This document shows positions 30,317-32,000 of a stretch of 32,000 nucleotides of DNA, in pieces. Made by a program: the position numbers and the translations under genes. Each line of letters starts with the position of its first letter. Position 1 is the stretch's first letter. Source of the stretch: Hyperthermus butylicus DSM 5456 (GTDB lineage: Archaea > Thermoproteota > Thermoprotei_A > Sulfolobales > Pyrodictiaceae); contig NC_008818.1 in assembly GCF_000015145.1 (NCBI RefSeq), positions 1,635,164-1,667,163 on the forward strand, read 5' to 3'. Below the pieces are notes generated by a model, which was not told the origin of the DNA, ran no database searches, and worked only from the letters and a program-made list of their open reading frames with translations.

Positions 30317-30427
30317 GGGCCCAAGCGTCCCGGGGGTACATCCCCCGGGTTTGCTTGGGCCCCCAATTGTATCGATCATCGTGAGCTTGCGCCGCCCCGC
30401 GCCGGGTTCCTCCCGGGCAGGCGGCGC
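30317..30427 (-). other. Two stable hairpins in the rRNA 5' leader (5' ETS)
   Basis: Hairpin A spans 30317-30362. It pairs gggcccaagc with gcttgggccc and cccggggg with cccccggg, closing on a 5-nt loop. Hairpin B spans 30389-30427. It pairs gcgccgcc with ggcggcgc, with an inner ccggg/cccgg stem. Confidence 0.6.
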
Positions 30428-30454
30428 CGTGTTTGCTGGTTTGCTTCCCTCTAC

Positions 30455-30470
30455 GGAATATAAGGCTTTC
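30455..30470 (-). promoter_or_regulatory. Candidate rRNA operon promoter (BRE + TATA box)
   Basis: The minus strand reads CGAAAGCC-TTATATT-CC. This is the only AT-rich TATA-like element upstream of the GC-rich leader. The predicted TSS near 30433 lies just upstream of leader hairpin B and ~225 nt upstream of mature 16S. Confidence 0.5.
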
Positions 30471-31394
30471 GTGTATCTTGGCTTGAATCTTTGGGCTGTA
30501 GTATTAGCCTTTCTCTTGGGGGTGTTACTCGCACACCCCGGGTTTGAATGGCTGGCTGCCTGTGTATTAGTGTCTTTTGCCTCCCTGGGGAGGGTTTGCC
30601 CTGGATGGCTGGTTCGGGTGTTGGGGTTGCCTGGGGCCGTGCTATATGCTATGGGGAGTCCGTTTCGCCGGCTGCCACGTGTAGAGTACGTGTATGGTGC
30701 TGCTAGTGGTGAGGGCTTGGATCCCGTTGCCGCATTGCTTGATGATAATGTGTTTGATAATATTGGGTTGGTGTTCGTGGCTGACATCTATTCTGTGTGG
30801 CCAGAGGTTGGCGTGTTCCCCCGGGCTACGGGTTATAGTGAGGTTGTTTCGGGGCTTGAGGGCTTCATGTCTAGGAGGTGTGGCATCCGTCTCTCTCCCC
30901 GACTCTGCCGGCGTATCGTGTACCGTGTTGTCCCGTGGCGTGGTGTTATGGGTGGTTGGAGGTTTACTGGCGGGCCCGGCGATGCCTTGGCCTACATGGT
31001 TTACGGTGCTGCGTCACTGGTTTCTAGTAGGCGTGTTGACCGTGTCTATGTCGTGCTCGGGGAGGATGAGCCTTCTGGGCTTGCATGGCTTGCTGTTTAC
31101 GCTGGGCTTGTTGCTGCTGCGGCGGCTGGCGCTAGCCTCTCCATAGTAGCAGCTGAGCCTAGGCCGTTCCCGGCTAAGGGTGGTAGGGACAGGATTGAGC
31201 TTACCGAGGTCGAGTCTTATGGCTGGGAGACTGTTGTCCGGCTACTCATTGAGCGTGCAGCTGGCGTTGCGTCTGGGAGGCTGCTTGTGCCCCGCACTCC
31301 TAGGGTGGCAGGTACGGTTTCCGTGCTGGAGACTGGTTCCGCTATAGTCTTGCATCGCTGGGCTTCGCCTCTAGGGGATACGTGGTCCCCTTAA
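30471..31394 (+). CDS. Hypothetical membrane-anchored protein (start uncertain; track ORF begins at 30351 inside the rRNA leader)
   Basis: The frame shows strong G at the first codon position. It has two N-terminal TM-like helices (LNLWAVVLAFLLGVLLA, WLAACVLVSFASL) followed by a ~250-aa soluble-looking part. Lys is extremely scarce: 2 K in the 347-aa track ORF. In-frame GTG 30471 and TTG 30483 are the first starts beyond the rRNA promoter. Stop codons are rare here because A is depleted, so the ORF evidence is weaker than its length suggests. Confidence 0.4.
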   Translation: MYLGLNLWAVVLAFLLGVLLAHPGFEWLAACVLVSFASLGRVCPGWLVRVLGLPGAVLYAMGSPFRRLPRVEYVYGAASGEGLDPVAALLDDNVFDNIGLVFVADIYSVWPEVGVFPRATGYSEVVSGLEGFMSRRCGIRLSPRLCRRIVYRVVPWRGVMGGWRFTGGPGDALAYMVYGAASLVSSRRVDRVYVVLGEDEPSGLAWLAVYAGLVAAAAAGASLSIVAAEPRPFPAKGGRDRIELTEVESYGWETVVRLLIERAAGVASGRLLVPRTPRVAGTVSVLETGSAIVLHRWASPLGDTWSP

Positions 31395-31789
31395 TCTACA
31401 GCGCATGCAACGCTGGCGACCCCTTAGCTAAACTGTTTTCGGGTCTTGGAGAGGCTATCGAGGCTTACTCTGCTGCTAGCCAGCTGTCAAAGAAGCCTGT
31501 TGGTGGCACCCTAGTCCACCACCTCGGCTTCGAGCTGGGCGGGGTTGCTGGCTTCGCTGCCGGCGCCGCTGTCGAGGCTGCTGTGCTGCGCGTCACTGGC
31601 AACGTATGTGACCAGGTCTACAGCGACGGTGTTGACTCCTCTATTGTTGAGCGCGCTGCTAAGCTGCTAGGCTTCCCGGGCGATGCTACGCCCAGATCCT
31701 GCCTGGCGGCAAGTGCTGGCGGCGGGTTGAGGCTTATTGAGGGCTGCCTGCGCCGGCTCCGCGACTCAGTGCTAGGGGAGATCCGCTAG
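31382..31789 (+). CDS. Hypothetical protein
   Basis: 135-aa Gly/Ala-rich ORF that overlaps the previous ORF by 13 nt. No recognised domain. The same caveat about A-depleted DNA applies. Confidence 0.3.
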   Translation: MVPLIYSACNAGDPLAKLFSGLGEAIEAYSAASQLSKKPVGGTLVHHLGFELGGVAGFAAGAAVEAAVLRVTGNVCDQVYSDGVDSSIVERAAKLLGFPGDATPRSCLAASAGGGLRLIEGCLRRLRDSVLGEIR

Positions 31790-31801
31790 GGGTCTCGGGT
31801 C

Positions 31802-32000
31802 TTGGCGGGGGGCAGGGTTTACCACTATGCCGCCCTGCTGACTACCACGTTGCTCTGGGGCTCATCGTTTACAGCGATAAAGATTGTTATGGGTATGGTT
31901 AACGAGTATCGTTACACGTGGCTTCGGGCTGTCATTGCCGCTGCTGGGCTCGCCCCTTACGTGGCCTATCTCGCTGCTAGGCGCGGCCCGGGGGCTGTAG
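31802..32000 (+). CDS. EamA/DMT-superfamily transporter, N-terminal part (continues beyond the window)
   Basis: This ORF is not in the track because it has no stop inside the window. Translation from TTG 31802 gives (M)AGGRVYHYAALLTTTLLWGSSFTAIKIVMGMVNEYRYTWLRAVIAAAGLAPYVAYLAARRG. The LWGSSF.AIK motif and the TM pattern are typical of EamA domains. Confidence 0.6.
   Translation, partial: MAGGRVYHYAALLTTTLLWGSSFTAIKIVMGMVNEYRYTWLRAVIAAAGLAPYVAYLAARRGPGAV

Noticed and set aside
30694-31146. 150-aa ORF in an alternative plus-strand frame overlapping the 347-aa ORF.
   Set aside because: It is a product of adenine depletion, which removes stop codons. The translation is Leu/Cys/Trp/Gly-rich with no charge pattern. 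The other frame shows the better codon periodicity.
31787-31804. The 135-aa ORF and the EamA ORF are in the same frame, separated only by TAG plus 12 nt. Could this be stop-codon read-through or pyrrolysine-type recoding?
   Set aside because: EamA transporters normally start with their first TM helix, as seen after TTG 31802. There is no PYLIS-like context, Pyl machinery is not expected in this lineage, and coincidence of frame is a 1-in-3 event.

Overview
The window is an archaeal chromosome segment that looks like a hyperthermophilic crenarchaeote. The rRNA is extremely GC-rich while the protein-coding DNA has moderate GC. The 16S-23S operon has no spacer tRNA and no linked 5S, and the gene order matches the archaeal exosome/translation superoperon.

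Layout:
- 1-20.5 kb is a dense block of information-processing genes, almost all on the minus strand. It contains a Clp1-like kinase, CarS, Nop10, aIF2-alpha, S27e, L44e, a GINS-like protein, PriS, PCNA, TFS, RpoL, Csl4, Dph2, L10e, a run of RNA/protein methyltransferases, a DUF655-family protein, RpoF, L21e, Pus10, SRP54 and aIF5A.
- 20.6 kb carries tRNA-Asp(GTC).
- 20.7-25.3 kb is a small accessory and decaying block. It holds a membrane protein, an ABC-transporter remnant, a strongly AT-rich island with an orphan Roadblock/LC7 gene, a TauE-type permease, a nitrilase-family hydrolase and a MazG-like NTP pyrophosphatase.
- 25.35-30.43 kb is a minus-strand 16S-23S rRNA operon with its leader and trailer.
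- 30.4-32.0 kb is an adenine-depleted block with two unassignable ORFs and the start of an EamA/DMT transporter.

I did not find a convincing new multi-gene system such as a defence island, CRISPR array or mobile element. The observations I rate highest are these:
1. A perfect 21-bp inverted repeat brackets the whole rRNA operon. Together with the 16S and 23S processing stems it could close the primary transcript into a three-way junction.
2. A single-nucleotide frameshift splits a THUMP-domain tRNA methyltransferase.
3. A Cys-rich ORF is wedged between SRP54 and Pus10.
4. An AT-rich Roadblock island lies next to a decayed ABC cassette.
5. A Clp1-kinase gene and an RNase-H-fold gene overlap by 143 nt.

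All functional calls rest on motif recognition by eye. No database search was possible.
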